Shown here: positions 1 to 15,169 of the stretch, piece by piece
How the letters are laid out: each line of letters starts with the position of its first letter
Position numbering within the stretch: position 1 is the stretch's first letter
Program-made: the position numbers and the translations under genes
Notes under the pieces: model-generated
Databases searched by the model: none
What the model saw: the letters and a program-made list of their open reading frames with translations, nothing else
Told to the model about the DNA's origin: nothing
Assembly: GCA_013239625.1 (NCBI GenBank)
Contig: MU056146.1
Coordinates: forward strand, 2,975,812 to 3,039,811
Source: Lama guanicoe
Taxonomy: Eukaryota
Reading direction: 5' to 3'
Length of the DNA stretch: 64,000 bases

Positions 1-1796
1 GGGATGATACATGGCGAGTCAAGGCAATCTCCATTCAAGAGATGAGATGAGAAGGGAACAGACCTCAAAATGATTGTAGTGCTAAGGAAAGGAGAGAGAA
101 TATCAATATAAATAAAATTAGGGACAAGAGTTGAACAAAGGTTTCTGAGAATATGGCAGCAGGGGCAGGGGTGTCCTGTGAGGCAAGACTGGGCATCAGA
201 ACACAACCAAAAAGGTGGGAAAATGCCTTTTTCCACAGATCATTAATTATGCTATAGTATAATCAATCTTTGGTTAAAATAGAGATTGTTTTCATACAGT
301 TTACCACTCTTGAGTTAATAAGGTGAATATAAACTCTAAACATTTATCACACACCAGATTTTACTAGCTCACAGTAAGCGGAAGATGGGGGAATGGAATT
401 CAGAATAACTTCATGCCTGGATTCTTCTTCTGCCCTTTTCCTCCTTTTTTAAAGGAGCCTTTCTTGGTTTAATTGTCTCTGGTTGATGATCAGTTAAGCA
501 AAGTGATTACAGTTGGGTTTCATGACAGAGCAGCCTTATGAAAAATACTGTGTTGGAATCCTAAACTGTGGGGGGGGGAGACACCAGACAATCCACACTG
601 TGTCATCCTCACTAGTAAGGAAGTCTGTTACTCTCAACCGCACACAAGTGTATAAAGCAATTAGTATTTGAGCCCAGCTGTTTCTGTGTCAACTCGAATA
701 AAACATCATCACTGATAAGAAAAATCAACTCAAGGAAAAATTTTGAATAGCATATAGTGAGTCTTGGAATTATTTTAACTGATTTGGAGAACAGAAGGAG
801 ACAGAACATTTTTTTAAATGTTTTTTAAAACAAATTCTCATAGGTCAACATCCCAAATATAGGATCTAGAAGCTTCAAAGCACCTTTCTTCATCAGAGGT
901 ACCGATGAAGTCGTTAAGTGTGAATTATGAATTCATTCTTTTGAAAGGACAATTTCCTGGGAAATTTTATCCCCAAATTAAGCAGTTAGTAAAGACTAAC
1001 TAAACTTAAGGGCTGCCTTGCCAGTTGTTTGGGAATTCTATACACTCTCTAGAAGCAAAATTCTAACCATTTTAAGGTATTCAAAGGAGAGCTTTTGGCT
1101 CTTAATCCTACTAAACTTTACCCTCAGAGGATCAGCAACTTCCTGTCTTTCAAGTCATTGGCGGGGAGGTGTTGTGTAAAGGAAGTTCCTGGGCCCCTGG
1201 ACCCAGTTTTCTTTAGGAAGTGATGCTCACATGCTTAAACTAAAAACAGCACTGAATGGAAGATGAGTCTGGAAGGCTGAGAGTTAAGCTGGGACTTAGA
1301 ATTGGCAGTAGGTGTTTGAGGGTCTCCATAGAAAGGGACAGACTAGGGCCAGCTGGTAGCCGGGAGAACTTGTTTTTTGTAAATTGCAGTAAGGTGGTCC
1401 CAACAGTTACATGAATTACAAAAAGACACCTCCCTTCTGCCACTCTGGAAGACACAGGGCTCAGCTGGCAGAGAACAGACTGGGCTTCTCCGCTACTCAC
1501 CCCCTTGCCTGACACCTTTGCAGAGTACAAAAATCGTGCAGGAGGAGTCTATAGCCCTGGCCTTGACTATGAGCTCCTTCGAGGAAAGAAGCATGCTGTG
1601 TCCCCAGAACTAAGTGCATAGTAGGTGCTCACTTTGTTAATCAAAAATGACACATTTTGAAATTTGACATCCTCCAGACTCACATTCATGACCAGATGCA
1701 GATTTTTACATCGGAGGACCCCGTTGTCTCCTTCAGGAGAAACTTAATGGCTTCAAGCTACAAAGCAGTAAGAGCCAAGAAAGGGCCATGGATTCT

Positions 1797-2250
1797 TTCA
1801 TTCATTCAAAAAAATAATGATTGAGCACTGTTTTTGCCAGATACTGTTCTGGAAGTTGAAGATGCAGAAGAAAAAAAAAAGTTCTTCACCGAGAGACAAA
1901 TTATAAATGCAAAAAAATAAAGAAAATATATAGTATGACAGATAGTGTTCAGTGCACTGGGTGGGAAAATAGAGCAGTGAACAGAGGTAGATATTCCTGG
2001 GATTGGGTGCTGCTATTTGAAACAAGGCAATGAAGCCAGTGTTGTTGATGCAAGAACGAGGAAAGGATAGTAGGAAGATGAGACTGGTGAGAGAGCAGGG
2101 AGATTGGGAGTGTGACTATATACGATCTTTTAGGCGCCTGCAGAGACGTGGTTTTTCCCCTGAGTGAGCTGAGGAGCCCTTGGAGGGTGTATCATAGAGA
2201 CAAAGCATATGATCTGATTGACATTGTCTTCTCACTCTTGAGCTGGAAAA
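1797..2250 (-). mobile_element. L2 LINE fragment (3' end)
   Basis: Begins ttcattcattcaaa...ttgagcac...gccag, the reverse complement of the L2 3' tail, followed by purine-rich L2-like body. Boundaries approximate. Confidence 0.7.
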
Positions 2251-4379
2251 TGGCTCAAGAAGGAGAGATGACAGTATGATCCTTGGACGCCAATTGTTGG
2301 CTCTTCTGGGTTCTGAGAACTCTCACAAGAGGGATGCATGGCTTTCTGTTATGCCTACTTGGTCTATAAGGGAGTCCGTGAGACTGGGAAACATTACGGG
2401 CCACCATGTGTGTCTTAACATTTGCAGTGTAGACAGGAAAATGTAATCCAGAAAAATGGTAATCACAGCTTTGTCTCAGTGCAGAGATGGCGACCCCTGT
2501 TATGTAGACAGCAGGTTCTGCATTATGTTGATGCCTGAAATTAACCACCAGCTAGAGCCAGAGACAGGTGGTCCCCAAAAGCCAAAACAGAAGAAGAAGG
2601 AGGATAAGTGTCCTGATTTCCACTCCATCTCTGTCAACTTCCAAAGAGTAAAAGAAGCATGGCAGAGTAACTTAAAGCAAATCCTTTCAGATCCCTTCTC
2701 AGCGTAAGACAGTTTTGGCTTTATCATCGTCCCTAAATGTGAATGAGTGACTTGAAACGTGGACTGCAAATTCTAGACAGCCCACCTGTAATTTCCTGAC
2801 CCCACAGCCTCTGCCTCCTGAATCTCAAGAAGAATTAGGACAATTCCTTTTCAGCAACTGTAATGTGATCCACACCGAACCTGACTCGAGTGATCAGGGA
2901 TCAGAGTGGGTTGGATTCCTTCACAAAGTAGGGATTAGTCCAGAGCAGAATTAGTGAAATCTGGAAGGAGTTAGTTGTGAGTGATCGTTTTATGAGGCTG
3001 TGATTTGTGTAACACAACTTCATTGGAACTGAGGGAAAGGAGCTCTGAAGGGGTAGTTGGAAGATTTAACAGCAATACTCTATACAGCTTGCTGGATCTG
3101 CAATATAGATTTCCAAGAAACTGCATAAAATCCAACTGGTTTGTGGCACATACCTTTTTTTAACTTTAGAAGGAATCATAATCCATGCAAACTAAATTTA
3201 GAAAAAAATATTGCATTCTGGAAAGCCCATGTGCAGTTCCAACACATGACATTTCATTGTCAGAGAATTATTTATTCGACGGAATTGATCTATACCGTTG
3301 ACAATCCCATGGCTATTAGTGATGGAATGATGTCTTTGGAAAGGCCTGCCTTCCTCTCTTCCAGGACCCCTTTATTTTATATTTCCATATCAGTTTATGT
3401 GGCTAGCACCTGTACGCTAAATTGAAAGCAAATCACATGTAAAATGAAATTAGAATGACTAATACTAATTTTTTCAGAAGTAACTGTTTCTCAGCTTCAA
3501 TATGCTCTACTTCTGCAATTCTGTCACAAAATTTTTAAAATTATGCATGTCCTCAGGGAAAGCTGAGGACTGGCAGCGAATTGGAACGACACCGAGATGA
3601 TGTATACTGTAACACTTCAAAATCATTGCTTCCAAAAAAAAATCACAGAGGCTTTTAATATTCATAAAGACTAGAAACAGGTGTTTGAACAGAACTTCAG
3701 CCACCTTTGACAGGAGCACAATGGATTTGTCTGAAAGGGTCTTCATTTTCCCTGTCACTCACTGGCAGGACTCAGAACATCACAACAGTTATACTCCTGA
3801 GCTTTCCCTACCTATTTCAAAGGATTACACTTGACATTTCTCATTTTTTTCCCCTTTTGTTAAACTCCGTCCTCTCTCTATTAAAATTGCATATTTCGTT
3901 AGCAAATCAAAGTGGGCAGAAGAATACATTAGTGCTCATTCCTTATGGACTCTGGGCTGACCTCATCGCTTTTTCTGTCTACCAGTAGACCACACAAACT
4001 ATTTTTGGTTCGTCATTTATCTATACAGTCAGAGATCAGCTCGACCGCCTCAGAAGAGCACTATTTAGCCAGATGGGAATAACTAACAAACTGTTACAAC
4101 GAAAAGCTATGCCACTTTGGCTGTACAGGACACTTCATCATTCTCTGCCTCAATTTCCCTCTCACTTTGCAGGGGGGAAAAAAATGGAAAGCTAGTGTAA
4201 TGTGTAGCACCAGGACAAAGACCAATAATACAAATAACAGCTCTGTGTTTGTAAGAGTGCCCTAAAAACAGCATTTGATCATTTAGGGGGTGGGGGTAGA
4301 ATTCAGTACATAGCTCCAAATGCTAAATTATGTTTACATTATTTAATAAGAAATGACTTAGGGGAGCAACTTGAAGACA

Positions 4380-4500
4380 TTGTCACTGATTGGCTACTGT
4401 GTGACCTCAGGCAAGGCATTTATATGTTTCAGACTCATTTTTCTCCTCATCTGTTAAATGAAGGAGTTGGACACTATCTCAGGGCTTCTATCCAGAACTA
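4380..4500 (+). mobile_element. MIR/MIR3 SINE fragment
   Basis: ctgtgtgacctcaggcaag...ctcatctgttaaatg MIR core. Confidence 0.65.
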
Positions 4501-6334
4501 GACATCAGTCACATGGTGTCTCTCTGTGAATTGTCCAGGGCCTTGGTGAGATGGAATAAAGAAGAAAATAATGAAAATACAATGTAAAGTTAGCTGTAAT
4601 TACCTGAATAGTTCCTTAAAGATTTCTTTTTTTTCTCTCTCCTTTTTGAAAGGGCAACCTAGTAAGTGGTATGACTTAAAAAAAAATAAGCATAAAGTTT
4701 AGTCATGGAAGTCACATCAATTTCTATGAGAAATGAGAATAAAGTGAGTAAGAAGTAAAACTTCTGGGTGTTGAAGTTGCTGAAAGGGTTTTAAGTGAGG
4801 ACAGAGGCACTGTGTGAATTTCTTTTTTTATATATAAAGTTTTACCCTTTTGCCAAAAGACAGAAAGGTGGAGTTTGAGGAGAAAAACTTGGACAGTACA
4901 GTTGGGTCATGGAATTATTAGGGTCATAATTATAAAAGGCTTACAAGTCAAACTTTTTCAAAAGACATTGGTAATGAAATTTGTGCTTTCTTTTAAAAAA
5001 GTTCCATTTGCTCCCTGTTCAGTTTGCCGGTGACACGGAGATTTCTCTGTCCCCACCTCCTGCTCTGACAGCCACGTCTGCATTTGGATGGATGGATGCT
5101 TTCAAATTTGGTTGGCTGGTTTAGAGAGATTGTCAAAGTACTTAAGGAGCTTACTGTGACTTGACATCTGAATCAGAGATGAAGTGACGTATAAATTCAA
5201 AGTAACCAGCATCATGGTACCTCGCGTTCCTATTTCACTAGATTTTTTCTTTCCTGTAAAACATGGTCAGTGGGAAGGAAAGAAAAAAAAAAACCTTCAT
5301 TCTCATCATCCTTATTACACATTTAAAATTCACTTTAAATATCACCCAAGAACCTGAATGCCAAAAATATATGTGAAACTTCTTCTCAAATATTACACAA
5401 AGTGACCTTCAGCTAGGACCCTCTCCTCCCCAGAATAATTTCCATATGGCTGCTGATATGCCCAGCAGCACATCAGGCTTTTTAAAAAAAAGAGAGAGAA
5501 AGAGATAGGTTTATAAATTATTTTGACTCAAAGCCCCCAAAGTAGAAACATGCTTGCACACATCGCCAGCCTGTTGCTGAGAAGCTAGCACCTCAGGACA
5601 GAGGGCTGTTGAAGGACTGCTGAGCCCGCTTCCCTCGGCTACCACCTGTGACTTATGGCTGGCAGCGCTGGCAGCAGGCGTTTTATGATACTGTCGTAGA
5701 AGTAATGTACCTCTTAAACGGCAATTTACTAAGTTGCTGATGAAATGCATTGCAAATATGTTAGTTTCAGGATGGCTAGGAAAATTAACCGCTGCGTATT
5801 TTCCATATTTTCATATATGCCAACGTACTGAGAGAATCAGGAGCAGCTTTCCTAGAAAGCTCTTTAAATGAAACATGCAGCCAGGTAGTCACCTGGTTAG
5901 AACAGAAGGTTGATGAGGCCAAATATTTAGGGAAATTCCCTGAGGCTATTGGGTTGTGTTTCCCCCCCACCCCCACCCCAGCAATCTCACCATCACTGTC
6001 CCAAAGCCACTAGACTTACGAAATATTCCCTTAGCCTCAGACTTTTCATTGTGCAGCCTATGTGATTTTCTGTCCTATCAATCTGATCCCACTAGCTTGT
6101 TCCCTAGCTTGGGCTTCTAACAATAGTGTGTAATGAAGCATCATCAGACCTCAGATTACACTTTGAAGAGATCCCCTGTAAATCCAGAGACACTCTGACC
6201 ATCACACAAAAGAGAGAACCAAAGGAATAGGTAGGTGAGTCAACAGAAGATTGGAAACCGGTGTTTCATTAAGTTTGTACTATCTTATCCTAGACAAAAA
6301 TCTGTGCTTATTTAAGTGACCTCTAAGAGCTCTC

Positions 6335-6560
6335 TTACATTGGCAGACGTTTTATAAAGCTTTAACAAGTTAAAAAGCCACTCAGATTCATGACTTCATT
6401 TGACCCCCAGAACAGCCCTCTAAAGAAGGGAGGAAGTTATGGTCCAAATTTAACACAAGGAAATAAAAGCTGATGGAGATCAGGAGATTTGCTTAGGTCA
6501 CCCGGCTAGTGAGTAATGGCATTCGAGTTTGAAACCATGTCTCCTCACTGCAAGCCCATC
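6335..6560 (-). mobile_element. MIR SINE
   Basis: tcatttgacccccagaacagccct...ttgcttaggtcacccggctagtgagt...tttgaaacc, reverse MIR core. Confidence 0.6.
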
Positions 6561-9500
6561 ACAGAAACTACACTTTGGCCAGAACACGTGTATACAGGAG
6601 CCCTGAACTGACCCAAAATGTAGTGAAAGTAACCTGCAGAATATTTAAAACACAACATTTAACAAGTTCACTGGTTGAATCAATGACTCATCTGTCTTCT
6701 GTAAATAATTGCAGAGCAAGGATAGCAAATGAATTGCATTTTGCATGCCAAGGACACTGAGGCTGCACCGCAAGTGAGGAAAGAATGCAGTGATCGATTA
6801 GCAGTGTCTGCCCTGGGCACAGAAAATGGCTGGTGGCAGCACACATGTTTACTGTTCTTGTGCTAAAGAAGCTATCATTTTATAAAACATTTTATAAAAC
6901 TTGAACATACTTGGGTTTTATGATGAGAAGCAACATAGAGCAATACATTGACAGGCCTTTTTTTAAGCATTAATAAACGCTAGGCACTGTATTAGGCACT
7001 GTGGATAAACACCAAGGAGTTTAAGAGAAAGTCTTTGCCTACATAACTTATATTCCAGTGTGGAAAATAAGCTAAAATAAGCACAGACAACACTTTAGAT
7101 TTTAATCTTTTGATACTGACTGCAAACACGGCACAGATCTGTAAAGGGACAAGTCACACAATAAAAGGAGTCCATCTTTGTGAAACCATGACATCTTTTA
7201 AAAGGAATATCAAGGGACCAAACATAGACGTGGAAAGAGCTTTAACGGAATTCCTATAGAGTTTCAGAGTGCTATATTTTCTTACATTATTTCATACCAT
7301 GGGAAATATTTCACAGGGGTCAATCAGAGTCCAGCATGGATTAAATATTTGACTCACTGCTCAACTTGCCAATATTAAAATATGTTTGCATGCATGTCTT
7401 TAGCAATTAACTCTACAGATGTTGTGATTTTAGCTATAATAAAAATAGACAAGAAGTAAATAGTAAGAATCTCCCAAATATCTTTTTCCTAATAGAAGTA
7501 GAAAAAATAAAGCTGCAAACCAGTCTACCAGTTTCCTCAAGATTTGATGACAAATTCCCTGTAAAAGAAATGATGGGAAAATTGGGATTTCTTTCAAAAT
7601 AATCTGGGGAGGAGGGAGGAGGCGGGGGATTGGAGGGTAGAGGTGGTAAATTAAACAAGATTGACCGTGATTTAATAAGTGATGAAACAGGTTGATAGGT
7701 GCATGAGGGCTCATTATACTATTCTCTCTTCTTTTATTTATATTAAAAAAAGACTTTTAAAAACCCCTCTTCAAGATAAGTTCACCATTTAAAGTTTCAG
7801 AAGTAGAGGCGTTTCTTGATGCTGCCATGGAAGGAAAAGGGAAAGACAGAATAAATGCTGGTGGGGGGAGTCATCTGGTCAAGAAGTGCAGGACTTGGGC
7901 AAATTAGGACAAAGAGAAAAATCAGAGGTAAAAGTTGCTGCTTTTTTTTTTTCCACCACCAGTTGTCTCATGGGTGTAAATTTATCATCGATCTGGTGTA
8001 GTAGGCTCTTTGAATGCTGTCATTTCTCATGTGGTTCCTGCTGCAAAAGCCCTCAGCTATGCCTGTATCCAGGTTTACATCACAGCTGTGAAACATTAAT
8101 CTCAGGAACACATTCTTCCATCGCTGGCCTGGCTGGTGCGTGCTGTCTAGTTAGTCCCCCAGCGGGCTCCTGGCTCCTCTCCTGATGCTCTCCTGGCACC
8201 ACTAACAACTGTGGGACTCCTGTCATTCTAGAGGTGGGACAGCTGTGGTGCTCCTTGGGTGGTCCTCAGTGTCCTGTGCTTGTTTCTGCTCACTCCCCTG
8301 AACCTGGGAAGGATTTGTCACCGAGGTGTCTCAGAATCAAAGCTCTCCAGTGACTTGGTTCTGTTAAACCTTAGATTTGAAGCAGGCTTGTCCATCATAT
8401 TATTTTTAGTGAATGTATCCTTCATATGTGCTTTGCAGAGCCCTGTGTGCTGGCTGCTAAGTGGTTTATTAAGTATGGTATTTCATAATAAGATTGTTCT
8501 GCAATTAGGCCACACATAAATGCCTAACGTCTTGGTTTCAGCTTGTCTGTTTTTTCTTAAGATAGTCTTCGTATTTATTTTATTGTGATTAACAGATAAA
8601 AGAGGATTTTTATCATGTGATGCCTGCTGGTTAAACCTCAGCTAAGTTAGCAGGAAACTACATACGTCAGATAACTGAGATTTCAATGCTGAAATTGAGG
8701 ATAAAATAAGATATGATGTGAATTGTCAAAAATTACTTCTCCCTGCTCCCCACAACCAAAAATAAAAGGAAAGAAAGAAAAAGTAAAATCTTGATTAATA
8801 CTCTTTGGGACTAATCATTAGGATCACTTCTGTGTTTATAAGATGAATGAGTGACTTTCAAAAGATCAGAAAGCGTGAAATTTCTTTTTCACCAGAACAG
8901 ATCACAGAGCGGAGTCTAAAAGCCATAAATGATAGGGCGGTGTAAATGGACAGTGACTAGAGGAGAAAAGCAATTAAACTTGATAGAAACGGGCTCGGGG
9001 ATGTGAGATGCTCTCTAGCAATCCAAAGACTGCACTCCAACGAAAGACACTCTTCAGGGAGACTGGCTGCGAAAAGGTACCCAGAATAAAAAACAAACAA
9101 ACAAAAACTCCTGAACTTTCCCAAGAGTCAACTTCGATCAAGTTGAGGCTGGTGTCAGGAATGACAAGAGGTCAACAAAAACCAAGGGAATTGGGCAAAT
9201 CTTCCTGCCGGAGCTGGAGAAACTCTCCTTTCTTCTGTGAATGGATAGACACTGGGACAGCATAGGTATGAAATAATGCACTATATCTGCACATGGCATA
9301 TACACAACATACAATCTCTTCAGCACTTACAGAACGTTACTTTATGACACTGGTAAATGAGAAGGATTACAAGAGGTAAGAGGGTGGCCTGTGTTCCCAA
9401 GGTAGCCGCTGGGAAAAGAGGAATGTTATTTAAAATGATTGCAACTGACTGTCTTCCTGAGTTGCACGCTGTGCTGTGTTCTCCAGCTGATGCTCTGCAT

Positions 9501-12056
9501 CTTAGAACAGGCATAGACAACTGCCCTGAAATGATACTGCATTTATCTCAATTTTATTTATTTAATAAGAAAGGAGTTTCATGAATAGAAATAAAACTAT
9601 TATGATGCCAAAATAATACTCTGTGCACCCATGTATTGGGAAGATAGCAGAATAACAAAGGCTTTTTGCTCTGTAAGCGTGTAGAAGTGTTTGGGGGCTT
9701 CCCTGTTCCTGAGATGAATCTGTACTCTTGGTAGGAACTGCTGAGTGGATGCATTTGAGAACGTAGAAAACTTCGCTTCTGTGTCTGGAGAGCCACGGGA
9801 GTCTTATTACATCCTGTTAGTCATTTTCTCCATCCAACCTTCACTACAAAAGAAACCCAAGACAATTTCTGGACCTGCAGTGATGGCAAAAGGGTATCTT
9901 CCTCTTTATGTACTGCATTTGATCAACATGTGTCATTAATCTCCCCTTCCTGCTTGGTGGCAGTAAATGACGGAACAGTTTATCTGTTCTTTTTCCAATT
10001 AGATTGATGTATGTGCGTTCCTTGAATTTTAAAGGTCATTAATTTTCACATTAGGCTCTTAGGTTGGTAGCACACAGATTGATATATTGATGATACAGCC
10101 TTTCATTGATTCTATATCATCTTTAGCACCAGGAGTCATGAGTGGTGTTTCCTTCTCAGCCATGACACAATAAGTGAAAATGTGTTAGTATTTACAGTGA
10201 AATAAGATACCTAGCTTTTGTCCCTTCCATAGCATTTTAATGTCCCTGGATGAAAATAATTATAAAATGCATTTAGTCATATACAAAGTGTCTTTGGCAT
10301 GTATCGATCTTTCTTCCTCAGCCGTAGGTAATATCTATAACATCTGACAATTTTAGCCTAGTGACCTTTCATTTTCATTGATGCCTCAAAGTAATTGAGG
10401 ACTTCCTGAAGTTATTTCAAAACACTTCATTGAAGAAATAAATTCCCTAGTCATCTAGATTGAGATTTATTGCCTCCGTGTTTGATGCATCGCCCCCTGT
10501 TGAATTATTCAGTGTGGGTCAAAGTAATGGTGAACCTCTTACAAATGTGATACTCCAAAGATAACCTGGCACTGTAGTTCATCTCTGCAGAATGGACCGC
10601 ACACACCTTGTCTGTGCCACAAACATACCTAATATAATGAAAATAATAAAATAAAATTTTAATCACTGGAATCAGCTGATTAATGCTATTAACCATTTTA
10701 GAATGATTGAAAATAAGTGAAACATACACAGAGAATTATGTTATCAAAGTTGTAAAATCATGTCATACTAAGTCAGTGAATATTTAACTGAGGAAAAAAC
10801 GCAATGTGAATTTTTTTTTTAATCTTTTTTGGTGACAAAGGCACAAAATCTTTAGCTCGAGCTTTAGGATGAAGTAGAATGTAGTCAAATGTGTCATACA
10901 ATAAACATGGATCCCAGACACAGCTCACCAATAATTTTCAGTGTAACATCAAGTCAGTCATGGTAAGCTCGCTGGCCCTCAGGCTTCTCAACTGCAAAAT
11001 GAAGTCACACCACATCATCTTAAAAATTCCTGATGCTCTGGATGCTCATATATAAATATTGTAAAACCATGCAGAACATTCAGAAAGCACTTGAAACCAA
11101 GAAGTGTTAACAAAAGAGTTACAAATTTTCATCCGTTTTTGAGGAACACAAGTGAAGAGTCACAGAGCATTAGAAAATCCAGAGCTGGACAGAGCAAGGT
11201 GCTAAATGTTACCAATCCGAGTAAGTAAGTATTTTATTAAGCAGTTGTTACAAGTCTCACCATGTCCAACCTGGGAAATAGGGAACCAATTGATCCATTT
11301 AGTGCAGAACTAAGACTCTCTGGGAGCTTACAACATAGCAGGGGGAAAGGACTTCTAATTAAAGAACGTTCATAACAGTCGAAGCTCGTTTCTGTGCTCA
11401 GAGCAGGACGTGCCGTTTGCTGGTTTGTTTTGTTTTCTTTCATTTTTTTAACTTTCGGTTCATTGAAATATTGGTCTCTTTTATCCTACACTTAAATTTG
11501 TGAGCCATCTCAAATCCCATTTGGAAGCAGAGTACAATTCCAAAAGGAATCAAATCCAGTAGACAGTCAGGTTCAAAATGCACTCCTCTAGAAATACGAA
11601 GGGCGAGATCACAGAGCAGGGCAGCGATGCGCGGAGGGGTTTGAGGGGCGTGTTGACAACCTGTGCCTCGTGAAATAGCCTCCGTGGCGTCAGCGACCCT
11701 GCTTTGGTCTCTCCTCCCTATGTCTTCCCCCCTCTCCTCTGCTCGTTTCCTGAGGGACTTCATCCTTGGCCCTGTGCTCCTTTCCTGATGCATTCACCTC
11801 CCCCGAGGGACTCATCAAGCCTCACACCTTCCACTGCCTCCGCCAGGTTGAGCAAGGCCGGTAGTGGGACAGAGAGGTCAGGAGGGTCAGGACAGAAGTC
11901 TCACTAACGAGAAAGGATCTGCGGACTCTACAGAGGCAAACAGAAAACGGATTGAGGGAGACCTGGGCATGAGTTTGCACTGAAACGATAAAGTGAATGT
12001 CCCAGGTCAGGGAGGCCAGGTGGTCAAGGCAGGGGAGGAACTTGTCTGACCCGAGA

Positions 12057-12208
12057 GCCTTGGCACTCAAAGTGTGGTCCCCGGACCAGCACACTCACGT
12101 TACTTGGGGGCTGATTGAAACGCAGAATCCCAGGCCCCTCCCCCGCGGCCACCTGGATCAGACCCTGCAGGTGACTGGTGTGTGTTCACGAAAGTTGGAG
12201 AAGCAACC
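12057..12208. mobile_element. MER5A-like hAT-Charlie DNA transposon MITE
   Basis: ctcaaagtgtggtccccggaccagca...gaaacgcagaatcccaggcccc...aaagttggagaagca resembles the MER5A consensus. Confidence 0.75.
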
Positions 12209-14485
12209 AAAGTGAAAAGAAAATAAAAAAGTCAGAAAAGATAGAGAGGGGTAGACCCCACGCTGCTCAGATTCCGCCTGGAATACTACATTTGACTCTT
12301 GCGTAGCACACGTGCAAGTTGCCTCCAAACCCTAATGGAAGTTAGCAAACGTAGCCGAGAAGGAGCGAATATGGTGGAGCGTGGGCCACCTCAGGGAAGA
12401 CCTGGCTCCCTTCGTAGGCCAGGGCAGTCCAGCTGGAGCAGAAGGTTTGTGTCTTGGTGCCGCCCACACTTGATTCTGAAAAGTGGACTGGGGCGGATTA
12501 TGGGGCATTCGTTGAATGCCAACGAAAGGGTTTCACTTTTTTTCCTAGATGCGTGGATTTATTAAGGAGGAATCTAGCAAAGGCGGTGATTTAGGATGAA
12601 ACGTCCTACCACAAGAGGCAGGAAAGAACCGACAGCAGGGAGAGCCGGCAGGGCAGGCGTGCATACGTTTCACCAGTTTTGTCGCTGTACTTGCGTCAAT
12701 GTTGTTCTCGATGCACAGAGCGCCCTCTCTGTCCCTTTCCTTCCACCTTCATCAGTGCGAGCCTTCAGAGTCCAGCTCAGGTGCCACCTTCTCCAGGACA
12801 TCTTTCCTACTGACATAAACCTTTATCAGCGTCATCTGAGGCCCTCTGGCCCTTAGAGTCCCTTCTGCATGTGTCCAAGGGTCTTAACATACAGACTCTG
12901 ATTGAGAGGGGCCCGGCAGGGCCCATCAATCCTAATTCCCCCTCCTCTTTTAACTCTTTCAGTGATGGGACCTTGATAATTCGCTAAGCCATCAATTACA
13001 GGTGGGTGGGAGCTGTAATTGTTTTTTCAAAAAAAGTTCTTCCTTATATCGCATTGAATTTCTTTCTTTCCTTTGTGTCAACCACATACTAAAATACAGC
13101 AGGATAGCACATCTATCTGCCTTTCATCTGCTTCTCGTTCGCAGGTTCTGTTGAGTCTGCAAGTTGAAAGTGTCTTAGGCTTTCTTTACTGGTCTGAAAG
13201 AACTCAAGCATTCTCTTCCCTAGCAAAGCTCATTTACACAGTGTTCCTTTTGACATCTGTCTGCTAAGAGAGTTCAGATAGACCCTTAACTGGCTGTGTT
13301 GTCCTTTTAGTTCAGACGTAGTTAGATTGGTTTATGATTTTACAGCTCTGGTATCTTCCTGGACTATGGAGAGTTTGGAGCAAGAGTGTCAGGGGTAAGC
13401 AGCCTGCATGAAGGAAAAAAAATCAACCCATGATATCAGAGATCAGATACCTGCAGAGGACACTCGAGAGACAAAGTGTTCTTGGACCAAAAGTGCAGAA
13501 ACCAAGGAGCTGACTGTGCCCTGATCGATGTTATTTACATTTGTAAAGAGCAGCGAATCTGTCAATCCAGAGTGCACTCGGGTAGCTTGGATTTGAGATG
13601 AAACAAGAGTCTCAGGGGCTCCTGTTCATTTAGCAGTGATTGTCCTTAACTGTCCAGGGACAAAGGCGCCTCGGTCAAAGACTCGCCCTGTCTGGTCAGC
13701 CCTCTTTAAGAAATAATTAGAGCCTGACTCCCAAAGGCATTCCCATCAGACAACCAGCCCTGCTGCTCAGATTCCCTCCACTGACAACCCTGGGGTGTGG
13801 ACCAAACTGGGTCTCCAGATCTGCAAGGCGAGGACCAGACCAACCTTCAGACACAGCCAAGACAAGGTCAGCTGCGAGGCCAGCCAGCTGGTTTCTCCCT
13901 GTGGACACCAGCCTCCCTCTACCTCCAACAGAGTTCTAACATTCCTCCTGCAGTTTCCAAATCATGAAAGTGCTCAGAACCTAAACTAATCAGATGTTGA
14001 GAGCTTAACAACGAGGCAGAAACAGTGCCACCTGCCACACATACGTTATTGCCTTCACGCCACAACAATCCTGATGAGAAACGATTATCCCCATTTTCCA
14101 CATTGAGAAACTAAGGCAAAGGCATGATAAGACAGCCTCACTGGAGACACCACGAAGAGTGGTGACTTACACCCATCCAGACACACAACCACTGCTCTAC
14201 CCTCCTTTCCTAAGCATTAAATCCAAATGTTACAGGAAAAATGATACTGCATAAGGCAGAGAATCCCCTCCAATGACAGCAAAGAGTGTAGAAGTCAGTA
14301 CTTTCAGAGGTGTAGGCACATGGTAGTCAAATGCTGAGAGATTAAAAGATTCACTCACCAAGATTAACATATCATATCTGAAATTGTGACTGTACTTAGA
14401 ATTTTTTTTGGCATTTAAGTGTGATCATTTATTTGATAAATACTTGTTTTCTAGCACATGTTTCTACCCACTGCAAGAAATGTTT

Positions 14486-14611
14486 TATGCACAGGGAATA
14501 TAGCCCATATTTTATAATAACCGTAAATGGGGTTTAACCTTTAAAAATCACGAATTGCTGTATTGTGTACGTGTATATAGTATGTACACCAACTATACTT
14601 GCATTAAAAAA
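14486..14611 (+). mobile_element. 5'-truncated L1 3' end
   Basis: gcacagggaatatagcccatattttataataaccgtaaatgg...aactatacttgcattaaaaaa. Confidence 0.75.
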
Positions 14612-15169
14612 GAGAGAGATGCAGATAAGGCCCTCCAGAAGACTGACTGTATTTATCCAATCACTGAACCACCCACAGGAGTAGACAACATGTGACTGGA
14701 AACAGAACTTATTTATTGGGTTTCATTAAAAATACGCTTCCTTGGCACAGCTCTCGTTTCACTTTTCATATGAAATGAAATGAAGTGGTAGATAAGAATT
14801 CAAAACTGAACTGCCCAGTGCTACTTGTAATAATATATTCCACACCAAAAACAGGCTTTATTAAGATTTCGGTCAATTAGGAAATATATCAGTAACAGTG
14901 GATTTGAATATGATGTCATCTTTTCTATCCAGTATCTAGCTAGCTAGCTACCTGCCTACCACTCTACCTATTTGTCAATCGATCATCTTCTGTTGTTCCT
15001 CCAAAGGTTTTGAGAGTATTCACTTTGCCTCTCCGTCTCTACTGCTAATTTTATTAGTATGGAAGTAGAGCATTAATGGACTGCCTGCCTTGTGACTATG
15101 CAAAGGACTGAGGACACAATGAGGAACCAGAATGCGCCATTCAGGGTGCTTTTCTTAGTGCAGTATTAA

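Noticed and set aside
6876-6899. 12-bp tandem duplication cattttataaaa x2
   Set aside because: Ordinary AT-rich slippage duplication with no further supporting structure.
11600-12900. Locally raised GC/CpG as a CpG-island promoter
   Set aside because: By eye the CpG density is modest and patchy and partly lies within MER5A/L2-like remnants; I see no promoter or first-exon structure. A formal CpG observed/expected calculation was not run.
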